Shown piece after piece: positions 50,219 to 58,582 of a stretch of DNA of 64,000 nucleotides; positions within the stretch are counted from its first letter, which is position 1; every line of letters starts with the position of its first letter. Source of the DNA: a virus (Duplodnaviria > Caudoviricetes); the IMG/VR virus record IMGVR_UViG_2551306247_000001, positions 30,298 through 94,297 of that record; one strand, written 5' to 3'. Below the pieces are notes generated by a model, which made no database searches, had not been told where the DNA came from, and worked only from the letters and a program-made list of their open reading frames with translations. A program made the translations under genes and the position numbers.

Positions 50219-50641
50219 ATGCAAACTTTTATTGCTGACGGAAGAGTAGCGAGCATTCCAGATGATGCTGTCGGCAGAACTTCTAAAGGAAATGCCAGCT
50301 TCAAATTCGAGTTTGTTTGTGATTCAAGTCTACAAGATGAACAAGGAAAACCAATACCAAGTTATTTCCATGTTCAGATATATGGCAAACAAGCTGAAAT
50401 GATGGCTCAAAGTCTTGTAAAAGGTTCTCCTATCCTGGTAAAGGGAGAAATTATCCAACGGCCTTATCAAGATAGTCAAGGCCAACGTCGATACTATCAA
50501 TATATTTCCCCAGACCAGAATCGAGGGATCACTTTTCTGGAGACTAAGGATGCAGCCAACAAACGTAGACAGGGAATGCAGGTTCCACCGCCACCGCCTA
50601 CTGACTATCCAGAACCATTTGATTCAGGAGAACCCTTCTAA
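50219..50641 (+). CDS. ssb: Single-stranded DNA-binding protein
   Basis: OB-fold pattern (GR..IYGKQAE..LVKGS..VKGE), Pro-rich linker, acidic tail ending EPF. Confidence 0.82.
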   Translation: MQTFIADGRVASIPDDAVGRTSKGNASFKFEFVCDSSLQDEQGKPIPSYFHVQIYGKQAEMMAQSLVKGSPILVKGEIIQRPYQDSQGQRRYYQYISPDQNRGITFLETKDAANKRRQGMQVPPPPPTDYPEPFDSGEPF

Positions 50642-50651
50642 ACTAACAAAG

Positions 50652-50686
50652 TAGCATGTGAGATAAACCACTCACGTGCTATTTTT
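50652..50686 (+). terminator. Intrinsic terminator after ssb
   Basis: TAGCATGTGAG...CTCACGTGCTA followed by TTTTT. Confidence 0.75.
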
Positions 50687-50732
50687 GTTTTAATCAGGGT
50701 CCTGAAACCGCTGTTTATATATAGTTTCTACT

Positions 50733-50771
50733 TGTCCCCTTAACGCAGAAAAGGCTAATATCCCTTAGACT
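50733..50771 (+). promoter_or_regulatory. 39-bp bipartite promoter motif, copy 5
   Basis: TGTCCCCTTAACGCA-N11-TATCCCTTAGACT. Confidence 0.8.
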
Positions 50772-50807
50772 AAGAGTGTGCAAAAATATAAGAAAGGATG
50801 GTTGCTT

Positions 50808-51065
50808 ATGATGAAGCAACAAGTAGAATATCAATCAGATGATCTGATGGCTGATTCACTTCAAATAGAAAATTTCCTGAAGCAAGGTAGAACATGCCAT
50901 CTATATACTGTTCAATTGGGCATCGAAGCAGGTGTTAGCTCCTATCTGGAGCGTTACCAGCTAGCTTCCTCTCAGCAGAAATTCAAAATTTTCCTTTTCT
51001 CTACGCTTTATGGTGAGAAAATCAAACGCTTTTTAGAAGATATGCGAGGTGAGCAACGTGTTTAG
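50808..51065 (+). CDS. Hypothetical protein
   Basis: ATG after AAAGGA, overlaps the virD4 start. Confidence 0.6.
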   Translation: MMKQQVEYQSDDLMADSLQIENFLKQGRTCHLYTVQLGIEAGVSSYLERYQLASSQQKFKIFLFSTLYGEKIKRFLEDMRGEQRV

Positions 51066-54000
51066 TTGGCTAGAAGCGATTTATTACACTCTGGTCCAGC
51101 TTGCGAAGATTAATCCCTTTAATGCAATACTCATAGTCAGTTTTGTCAGCTATCTTTGTTACCAGGGGGTTAGGACTATCAGGAAGCCATTGCATGACTT
51201 TCTTCAGGTGATGAAAGGCTTTATAGATGATAAAGATATCATAAAACAATACTTCATGGACAAAAAGGAAGCGCTACTACATCCCTGGAGACATCGACGT
51301 GAGGTTGACTGGGGCTCAGCTGGAAAAGAAATAGGGAAGAAAGCCTGGCGATATTTTAAACGATGTGCAACAATTGTTCCCTCATTCTTGTTCCTGCTCC
51401 TGGGGAATATTCTTTTTCGGCTCATCTACAAACTGCCCTTTGTTCAACCAGACAGGAAGCGTTTCGACAAAGAAATGAAGCCTCTGCTATATTTCAAAAA
51501 TGTTCGTAGCTTTGTGCTTATGGGGATAGGGTTTAGCTTCATAGCCTTTATTATCACAAACTATTTTGTGACTGTATTAAGGGCAGCAATTCGTTTTCTT
51601 TATTTCTCGGTCATGAGTTTGCGAGATAGTAGCCTAGTAGATAGCTTTGACATCGATAGCTTGTTAATTCAAAACCTATTCAATGCTAGGGTATTTGTGA
51701 TTGCTCCAATTCTGGCAGTGCCTATCTTTCTGGTTAGTTTGGTGATAGCTTGGCGATCAGCTTGGGTAAACTTTGAGCAGTATCGAGACTATAACCACAA
51801 TGAAGAAGGTGATGATCGCTTTGCGACAGTCAAGGAAATCCACCAACAATATAAGAAGGTCCCAAACAAGACAGAAATCTATCCAGGTGAAGGAGGGGTT
51901 CCTGTTCTCCACGAAACAAGGAAGAGCCTATCAGGACTAACTCTAGGTTCTCAAATGCTCTGGCAAAATCGTACGTTTAGCCGTTATCTGACGAACGCAG
52001 AAAGAATACTAGGGATCTATTCCAAACCTTCAGGGGACTACTATATAGAAGACAGCACAACAAACATGCTGGGTATTGGTATGACTCGTTCAGGTAAAGG
52101 TGAGGGGCATATCACGACAACAATTGATATTAATAGTCGGGCTGAGATACAGCCGTCTATGGTCTTGGCTGATCCGAAAGGTGAGCATTATCAATCCTCT
52201 TACAAAACCATGCGTCGACGTGGTTATGATGTCAATGTCCTATCTTTCCAGAATATGGACTGGTCAATGTCTTATAACCCTCTAGCTCTAGCAATTGCAG
52301 CTGCAAAGAAGGGCTACTATGAAATGACTCAGACAAGGGTAAATGCAGTCGCTGAAGCAATCTATCGTAAAACAAAACCAGGTGTTGGCAATGGTAACGC
52401 AAAATACTGGGAAGATACATCTATTTCCCTCTTCAATGCGATTGCTATGGCTTTAATTGATCGTGCTAATGAAACCTTTAAGAATGGAGAAACGGATGCT
52501 TGGGACACGGTCACTGTTCGTAACATTGCCAAGTTTCTAACTGATTTGGGTTCAGAAGAAGTATTTGTTAATGACTTTGGAGAAATCGTTGAGAATCCAG
52601 ACCGTGATCAGCCAGTTAAGAAGAAATCAAAAATAACAGTTTACTTTGATAACTTACGTAAGATTAACCAGGAACAGTTTTCTAAGTTTAGAGATATGGC
52701 AGACTTGAACTTCAGGTCCTCAGATTTTGCCTCTGAAGAGACCAAGGGGAACGTCTTCTCCAGTATGATGTCTGGAATCAACCTCTTCTTACAAGACAAT
52801 ATTGCCAAGCTCACGTCTAAAAATTCTATTGACTTGGAATCGGTTGGTTTCCCACGTCGCCTGTCGATTAAGTTCCGATCAAGCTCTAATGTCGCTATGC
52901 GTAACGAATACGCCCACAAGACGGCCAAGGTTACGATTATCAGTCAAACAGCTTGGGGCAAATCAACTAGACAAGTTGTTCACGTAAACGCAGCTACGGC
53001 TCTTATCGATGGAGAGGGCTATCTAACCTATGTGATTGAGCCAAAACTTCCTGATAAGTTTGTAGTAACGATCGATTTTGATCATGAGAACAATGGTGAC
53101 TCTATTATTCGTGATAGCACCTTCCAATTTTCAGCTGAAAAAGTTTATAAGAAACTTGGTAAGGTAGTTGCTCTGGACGAGTATACGAAGAAACCAATAT
53201 TGGATTATATCAAAGTCTCCATCCTAGATAAGCAAGCAGACAGTCTTCTCCAGGAAGAGGATATTGAGTTTGTGTATTCAGATAATCCAAAAGTGATTTA
53301 CCTGGTCACACCGCCAAACCGAACAGAATACAACAGTATTGTATCTCTGTTCCTGGATCAGCTGTTTAATGCCAATTATGAGCTGGCCCTGTCGAATGGT
53401 CGTAAATGTGTTAATCGCATCCTCCATATTCTAGATGAGTTCACCAATATTCCAGCCATTCCTCATATGGACACCAAGATTTCAATCGGTCTTGGTCAAA
53501 ATATCTTATACTATCTCTGGATTCAGAACCTCAAGCAGCTAATTGACAAGTACGGTGAGAATATTGCTGAAACCATTAAGGAGAACTGTTCGCTCACAGT
53601 TTATATCAAATCAACGTCTAATACTACGAACACTTCCATTAGTAAGGACCTCGGTACTCGGACCATCACACGTCGGAGACGGTCAAGCAATATCCTAGAT
53701 GAGGCTAATCCAAATGTAGCCATTGAAAATCCAAAACAGGAACTTCTAACGCCTACACAGTTAGCCAAGCTACAAGAAGGAGAAGCGGTTATCTTACGTG
53801 GAGTTAAGGGCCGTGACAATGTAGGTCGCAAGATAACAACGGACCCAATTTTCCTACACGAGAAAACCAGTCTACCGTATCGCTATATGTTCCTTCAAGA
53901 AGAGTTTGATCATTCGATGACCTTGGCTGATATTCCTGTAGAAAGTGGCCATAGAGAGCTTGACTTGCAGGATATTGCAGTAGGGGCCCAAAGTACCTTT

Positions 54001-54207
54001 GGTAAGATTATTGATTGGCGGATAGCTCTGACGGACCGTATGAGGACCAATGGAGAAACACCTAAATTGGCTACGAGAAGGCAGGAGAATAAACCATTGA
54101 GTCAGGCCCGTTTCACCTCTCCAGTTGAATTGACTCAAGCTGTAATTGCTGAAGTTTTCGATGATGAGGACGAAGATGACATTTTCTTTGTAGATGATGT
54201 TATATAA
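51049..54207 (+). CDS. virD4: Type IV coupling protein, VirD4-like
   Basis: N-terminal TMs, GMTRSGKG (Walker A), DPKGE, YNPL, ILDEFTN (Walker B), IQNLKQL..YG. Confidence 0.9.
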   Translation: MSNVFSWLEAIYYTLVQLAKINPFNAILIVSFVSYLCYQGVRTIRKPLHDFLQVMKGFIDDKDIIKQYFMDKKEALLHPWRHRREVDWGSAGKEIGKKAWRYFKRCATIVPSFLFLLLGNILFRLIYKLPFVQPDRKRFDKEMKPLLYFKNVRSFVLMGIGFSFIAFIITNYFVTVLRAAIRFLYFSVMSLRDSSLVDSFDIDSLLIQNLFNARVFVIAPILAVPIFLVSLVIAWRSAWVNFEQYRDYNHNEEGDDRFATVKEIHQQYKKVPNKTEIYPGEGGVPVLHETRKSLSGLTLGSQMLWQNRTFSRYLTNAERILGIYSKPSGDYYIEDSTTNMLGIGMTRSGKGEGHITTTIDINSRAEIQPSMVLADPKGEHYQSSYKTMRRRGYDVNVLSFQNMDWSMSYNPLALAIAAAKKGYYEMTQTRVNAVAEAIYRKTKPGVGNGNAKYWEDTSISLFNAIAMALIDRANETFKNGETDAWDTVTVRNIAKFLTDLGSEEVFVNDFGEIVENPDRDQPVKKKSKITVYFDNLRKINQEQFSKFRDMADLNFRSSDFASEETKGNVFSSMMSGINLFLQDNIAKLTSKNSIDLESVGFPRRLSIKFRSSSNVAMRNEYAHKTAKVTIISQTAWGKSTRQVVHVNAATALIDGEGYLTYVIEPKLPDKFVVTIDFDHENNGDSIIRDSTFQFSAEKVYKKLGKVVALDEYTKKPILDYIKVSILDKQADSLLQEEDIEFVYSDNPKVIYLVTPPNRTEYNSIVSLFLDQLFNANYELALSNGRKCVNRILHILDEFTNIPAIPHMDTKISIGLGQNILYYLWIQNLKQLIDKYGENIAETIKENCSLTVYIKSTSNTTNTSISKDLGTRTITRRRRSSNILDEANPNVAIENPKQELLTPTQLAKLQEGEAVILRGVKGRDNVGRKITTDPIFLHEKTSLPYRYMFLQEEFDHSMTLADIPVESGHRELDLQDIAVGAQSTFGKIIDWRIALTDRMRTNGETPKLATRRQENKPLSQARFTSPVELTQAVIAEVFDDEDEDDIFFVDDVI

Positions 54208-54263
54208 CAAGGTAAATAAAAAGTTATATAACCATTGAGCGAACATAATATTTCTGTTATAAT
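54199..54263 (+). promoter_or_regulatory. Two GTTATATAAC operators plus a sigma-A promoter for the lipoprotein gene
   Basis: Palindromes at 54199 and 54223; TTGAGC-17-TATAAT with TG extension. Confidence 0.68.
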
Positions 54264-54293
54264 GAAGCCAAGAAATATCAAGGAGAGTTCACT

Positions 54294-54776
54294 ATGAAGT
54301 TGAAACGTTATCTAAGTCTATTTGTACTTGGTATCGCTCTGGTTGTTCTGGCAGCCTGTGGTCAAAAAACCTCTGAGGACATTGTCAAAACTGAATTAAA
54401 GGATAGCTACGTTGGTTATTCAAGTTTTCCAGGGTATGATAGCTTAATCTTCACTGGGGGTGGACAGGAAATCGTTTTTGATAAGAAAAATCATAAACTG
54501 AAGTCAGGGGATGAAGAAGTTTATTATGAAGTCGTTCCTGAAGATAAACTATCTAGCTCTATGAAAGGAATATTGGCTTCTCATGAGTCAGAATTAAAGG
54601 GAGAACACTATTTCGTTATTAACGTTGGATATCATGAAGATGATATCTGGGGGAAATTAGGCGACCAGCTCTACTGTGTTGTTTTATCAGAGGAAGGACA
54701 ATCAATTCGTATATTCGAGTTTGAAACTGGATATACCTCTGATGGTTATTTTGACTTTACAGGTGAAGCTGAGTAA
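54294..54776 (+). CDS. Lipoprotein, candidate entry-exclusion factor
   Basis: Lipobox LAAC; own promoter and terminator between virD4 and the virB6-like gene. Confidence 0.75.
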   Translation: MKLKRYLSLFVLGIALVVLAACGQKTSEDIVKTELKDSYVGYSSFPGYDSLIFTGGGQEIVFDKKNHKLKSGDEEVYYEVVPEDKLSSSMKGILASHESELKGEHYFVINVGYHEDDIWGKLGDQLYCVVLSEEGQSIRIFEFETGYTSDGYFDFTGEAE

Positions 54777-54780
54777 AGGA

Positions 54781-54805
54781 AAAGTCTCAATTTGAGGCTT
54801 TTTTT
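54781..54805 (+). terminator. Intrinsic terminator
   Basis: AAAGTCTCA-ATT-TGAGGCTTT followed by a T run. Confidence 0.7.
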
Positions 54806-54818
54806 CTTTCCTATGATT

Positions 54819-54857
54819 TGTCCTCTTAACGCAGGAATTTTATTTATCCCTTATGAT
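54819..54857 (+). promoter_or_regulatory. 39-bp bipartite promoter motif, copy 6
   Basis: TGTCCTCTTAACGCA-N11-TATCCCTTATGAT. Confidence 0.8.
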
Positions 54858-54890
54858 GAGGGTATCATATAGAGAAAGCAGGTACCTTAT

Positions 54891-57188
54891 GTGACTTATG
54901 ATACTTACTCTGATCTGGTCAATTCATTAGAAACAGGATTCTTGGATATTAATGGTGCGACAAATGGAAATATCACAGGAGAAAATGCGGAAAAGATGGC
55001 CTCCTTTTATAAATATTGGAGTAACTATCTGGATTCTACTCCAGCTTTTCTATCTTTCTTAGCTTATATTCCAGGTGGAATTGCCAAAGCCTTGTATTCT
55101 ATTACAGCCAGCCTTGAACATGTCTTTAACAATATGTTCAAGCTCTTTGGTTTATTTGGCTACTTAGGTGATAGCAACACGGTTATAGGTCAGTTCTATT
55201 TTTGGTTCCAAATTGTCGGAACCAGCCTCTTTAGCCTAATTCTTGTTGTTTCGGCTATCACTGGAGTCTTTACAAAGCCAGTCAAGTATAAAGGGGTGAT
55301 TACTAATTTCCTCTTAGTTACAATGGTGACAGCAGTTCTTCCTTTAGCCTTGACGACTATATCGTCTGTCATGGCCCAAGATGCGATGAATATCCAGACG
55401 ATTTCTAGCGATGCACCGGACGGAAGCAAGCATTATTCATCCTTGGCGATCCAGCCTATGAAGAACAATATCGTAGATCTCAAGGTACTGATTGACAATG
55501 ACTTTTCAACGGAGCTTTTTCCTCTAGATGATTATGGCTACATTAAGCCACCAAAAGAAGGTTCAACACCCGTCAATAATATTACGGATAGTCTTGATAA
55601 GCGAGATACTAGCGACTTTGCAACACGAATTGATTTTGGGGCAACCTATGGAGCTACTAGCTCTGGATTGTTAGAGGTGCTGGAAAAGAAGCTTCCAGGA
55701 ATAAAGGGATTGTTCTTGCATAAATTAAATGCCAATCAGGACGGTGTTGAGACTATCACACAACACCGTGTTGTCGGTCAGTTAAATGCCTTTGAGCCAG
55801 TCTATATGCGGTACAAGGTCAACTGGATAGGGATGTTCATGCAGTACATTATCCTGATTGTTTTGTTGATTTCTATGTCAATCAAGTTTGTTAAGTCGGT
55901 CTTCGATATTGTGGTGGAAGCCATGATTTCACCAATCCAAGGATACTCTTCCTTGTCCAACTCTAAGAAGTATAAAGAGCTTTTACGTACAATGGGAGGC
56001 GCACTGGCAGGTATCTTCTTTGAAGTTGTGATTATGCGTGTAACCCTTGAAATCTTCCGAGATTTGCCAACTTTGTCGGTTTCGGCAGTAACAAAACTTT
56101 CAGGCGGTTTCTTTGATGGACTGAACATGTGGGAACAGTGTCTAGCGGCCTCCTTGGTATATATTGGCGTTTTCCTGGCAGCCATGCAGGGAGTGACAAT
56201 GATCGAACGTTGGTTGGGTGTTTCTACTGGCCACAGTGACACTGCACAGCAATTGCTAGGTGCGATGATGATGGGGAACGCTTTTGCGACTGGAGCGGGT
56301 GCAGTAGGTAACGGTGCTATGGCATTGGGTGGTTTTGGTCTTGATATGGCTAAGAAAGCCCCAGGCGCATTTGCAGCAGGGAGCAAAGTCCTTGGAAACA
56401 GTCTAGCAACGACAGGTGGCGGTATTCGAGGAGCTATCAACGCTGCTAGGGATCAAGGAGCCTGGAATGCAGCTAAAGGTGGTGTCAGCAACATGGTAGA
56501 CCTGGCTGATGTGATGGGCAAAGAAGCAGTAGGTAAGGCGAAAGACTTTACAGGTGCTATAGCGGACAATTTAGGTAAAAAAGAACAAGCTGCTCATGAT
56601 GCTGTCTACAAAGGTTTGAAGAATGATGCGGTTCCGCCACGACCAGGTTTTAATGATAATGGGGAGTATACTTTAAATCCTTCAGGTCAGTACGGTGGTG
56701 AAGGACTATCTCCTGAAGCTCCTTATGAATCCCAGGCGGTTGACAATGGCGATAGTAGTCCGAATGACGGAGGTATTACTGATCCAAACATACAGTCAGC
56801 AGAAGTATCTGACAACATCGACAGTGGTCCAAGTGGTGGAGGTATTATAGATCCAACGGCACCGCCTACAGAGCCAACTGGTGAAGCCTTTGGAGGCATC
56901 AGTGACCCAACTGGAACTCCCTCAGGAATATCTGGTAACTCCTCTGGTGGAATTAAAGACCCAGCTTCTTCATCTGAAAAAAGCACTCATCCAATTGAAA
57001 ATAGCCCACTTCTAAATAATCCCCACAACAGCTCTCGACCAACTGGCGGTTCAACCCCTCCTAGACGTAGTCTCGATCAATCGATGCAGCAAATGAACTA
57101 CATGAAGCACCAAATGCAGCAAGCAGGTCAATACATGCAAGGTCAATCGCATATCAGCGGTGCAGAGATTGATGAAAATGAGGAGTAA
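54891..57188 (+). CDS. VirB6-like polytopic conjugation membrane protein (pLS20_p028-like)
   Basis: Multiple TMs, YMRYKVNW, IERWLG, G/A-rich and low-complexity tail. Confidence 0.75.
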   Translation: MTYDTYSDLVNSLETGFLDINGATNGNITGENAEKMASFYKYWSNYLDSTPAFLSFLAYIPGGIAKALYSITASLEHVFNNMFKLFGLFGYLGDSNTVIGQFYFWFQIVGTSLFSLILVVSAITGVFTKPVKYKGVITNFLLVTMVTAVLPLALTTISSVMAQDAMNIQTISSDAPDGSKHYSSLAIQPMKNNIVDLKVLIDNDFSTELFPLDDYGYIKPPKEGSTPVNNITDSLDKRDTSDFATRIDFGATYGATSSGLLEVLEKKLPGIKGLFLHKLNANQDGVETITQHRVVGQLNAFEPVYMRYKVNWIGMFMQYIILIVLLISMSIKFVKSVFDIVVEAMISPIQGYSSLSNSKKYKELLRTMGGALAGIFFEVVIMRVTLEIFRDLPTLSVSAVTKLSGGFFDGLNMWEQCLAASLVYIGVFLAAMQGVTMIERWLGVSTGHSDTAQQLLGAMMMGNAFATGAGAVGNGAMALGGFGLDMAKKAPGAFAAGSKVLGNSLATTGGGIRGAINAARDQGAWNAAKGGVSNMVDLADVMGKEAVGKAKDFTGAIADNLGKKEQAAHDAVYKGLKNDAVPPRPGFNDNGEYTLNPSGQYGGEGLSPEAPYESQAVDNGDSSPNDGGITDPNIQSAEVSDNIDSGPSGGGIIDPTAPPTEPTGEAFGGISDPTGTPSGISGNSSGGIKDPASSSEKSTHPIENSPLLNNPHNSSRPTGGSTPPRRSLDQSMQQMNYMKHQMQQAGQYMQGQSHISGAEIDENEE

Positions 57189-57192
57189 ATCA

Positions 57193-57477
57193 ATGTTTGA
57201 TGTTGCGGGTAAGGTTATTGTGATCACAGGGAGTTTACGCCCAATGACCAGGCAAGATGTAATTGCCTTTCTAGAGCGTAGAGGGGCGGTTGTTCAGAAT
57301 TACATTTCGGCTCAAACAGATATTCTTATTGCTGGTCATAAGCAATTAAATCTCTTTGATCCTGATAAACGTTCCAAGAAATATGAGGCTGCTATGTCTA
57401 GAATAGCAGAAGGGCAGTCAATCATCATTTTGTCAGAAGAAGAATTTTTCAATATGGTTAAAGAGTCTCAGCTTTGA
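57193..57477 (+). CDS. Stand-alone BRCT-domain protein
   Basis: GKVIVITGSL..MTRQD..GA.V...IS..TDILIAG..SKK..A..I.ILSEEEF. Confidence 0.8.
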   Translation: MFDVAGKVIVITGSLRPMTRQDVIAFLERRGAVVQNYISAQTDILIAGHKQLNLFDPDKRSKKYEAAMSRIAEGQSIIILSEEEFFNMVKESQL

Positions 57478-57496
57478 GGCTCTTTTTATGCATAAA

Positions 57497-57518
57497 GATA
57501 TATAACTTTTTATATAAC
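57497..57518. promoter_or_regulatory. Two near-consensus GTTATATAAC operators, 12 bp apart
   Basis: GATATATAAC-TT-TTTATATAAC, just after a terminator hairpin (about 57461-57487). Confidence 0.55.
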
Positions 57519-57546
57519 AAATATCGTGATTGTCAGCTAGGCAGTT

Positions 57547-57585
57547 TGTCCTCTTAACGCAGGAAATGTCATTATCTCTTATGAT
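57547..57585 (+). promoter_or_regulatory. 39-bp bipartite promoter motif, copy 7
   Basis: TGTCCTCTTAACGCA-N11-TATCTCTTATGAT. Confidence 0.8.
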
Positions 57586-57614
57586 GGAAGTATTAAGAGA
57601 AAGGAATTAGATAT

Positions 57615-57920
57615 ATGGATGAAAAATACGGTGTTCCACGTGACATCTATGCCAAAGTAAAAATTATAGGGCTCTTTATGGCTGATATAGTCTTTGTAGG
57701 AGGTTCAGCGGTTGCTGCGGTATCTGTTGGGACGAAGATATTTCCAACTAGCCAGTGGCCACAGTTGCTTGCTTTTATTCTCTTAACACCTCTGATGTGC
57801 CTTTACTTGGTTCTACCAACAAATGGTGGAAAGAAAAATTGGCATAGTATGCTTCTCTTTTTCAGAAGACGAAGGAAACGTTATATTAGCCTTAATTATC
57901 AAAGAAGGGAGGTTCACTAA
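57615..57920 (+). CDS. VirB3-like membrane protein (DUF5592-like)
   Basis: YGVPRDI..KI, two TMs, upstream of virB4. Confidence 0.65.
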   Translation: MDEKYGVPRDIYAKVKIIGLFMADIVFVGGSAVAAVSVGTKIFPTSQWPQLLAFILLTPLMCLYLVLPTNGGKKNWHSMLLFFRRRRKRYISLNYQRREVH

Positions 57921-58567
57921 TGGCTATTAAGCAGGCACAAACACAGCCAATTGAAAAACGTCCGTTGGGACGAAAACAGGATACGAAGAAAGGCGGTCAA
58001 GAGTATTTTGACCTTCATTCCTGTGTGGAACTGCTCGATGTCAAATCAATCATTGATAACCGTCAAGCTTATATTCAATTGGTTGATTATGGCTATCTTC
58101 AGCTGATGGAGATTCCAGGGAAAGACTTGGGGTCGCTCTCTTATAACGAGATTAGACGTACTCTTGATAACTTTGAAACCTGGCTAACCAACTTTAACAC
58201 AGATATTCAGATCGAGACCACGACTTTGCCAACTAACACTGATACTCAGATAATGGATCTTCGACACCATTTGAGCAAGGTTCGGCAGGAAAAAGCGAAG
58301 CTACTTCCTGACTCTCGTCGATATTTGCAACTACTGGATCGTGAAACATTGCTTATCAATGAAATTCAGGTTGAAGAGAGCATTCAACAAGAAATTTATA
58401 ATACAGAGTTTATCCTCTGGCTCTTTGCACCTACTACAACAGAACTAGACGATCTGGTCCGTAAGGCCAAGACGAATGGAAATGGCGATTTTGTTCCACG
58501 TGAAATTACTAGGGTTAAGAAGGAACAAATTATCAAGCAGTATAACAACATGAATGAAAAGGTTTAA
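57920..58567 (+). CDS. TrsD/TraD-like conjugal transfer protein
   Basis: Between virB3-like and virB4; GKDLGSLS..E..PTNT..Q pattern. Confidence 0.6.
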   Translation: MAIKQAQTQPIEKRPLGRKQDTKKGGQEYFDLHSCVELLDVKSIIDNRQAYIQLVDYGYLQLMEIPGKDLGSLSYNEIRRTLDNFETWLTNFNTDIQIETTTLPTNTDTQIMDLRHHLSKVRQEKAKLLPDSRRYLQLLDRETLLINEIQVEESIQQEIYNTEFILWLFAPTTTELDDLVRKAKTNGNGDFVPREITRVKKEQIIKQYNNMNEKV

Positions 58568-58582
58568 GAAGGGAAGGATAAG

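Noticed and set aside
40656-56986. Long minus-strand ORFs (40656-41087, 43232-43867, 55802-56440 and others)
   Set aside because: Antisense shadows of low-complexity coding regions of clear + strand genes
22205-57585. 39-bp motif as CRISPR repeats, REP elements or IS ends
   Set aside because: Copies are kilobases apart, all in one orientation, non-palindromic, and at a fixed distance from start codons
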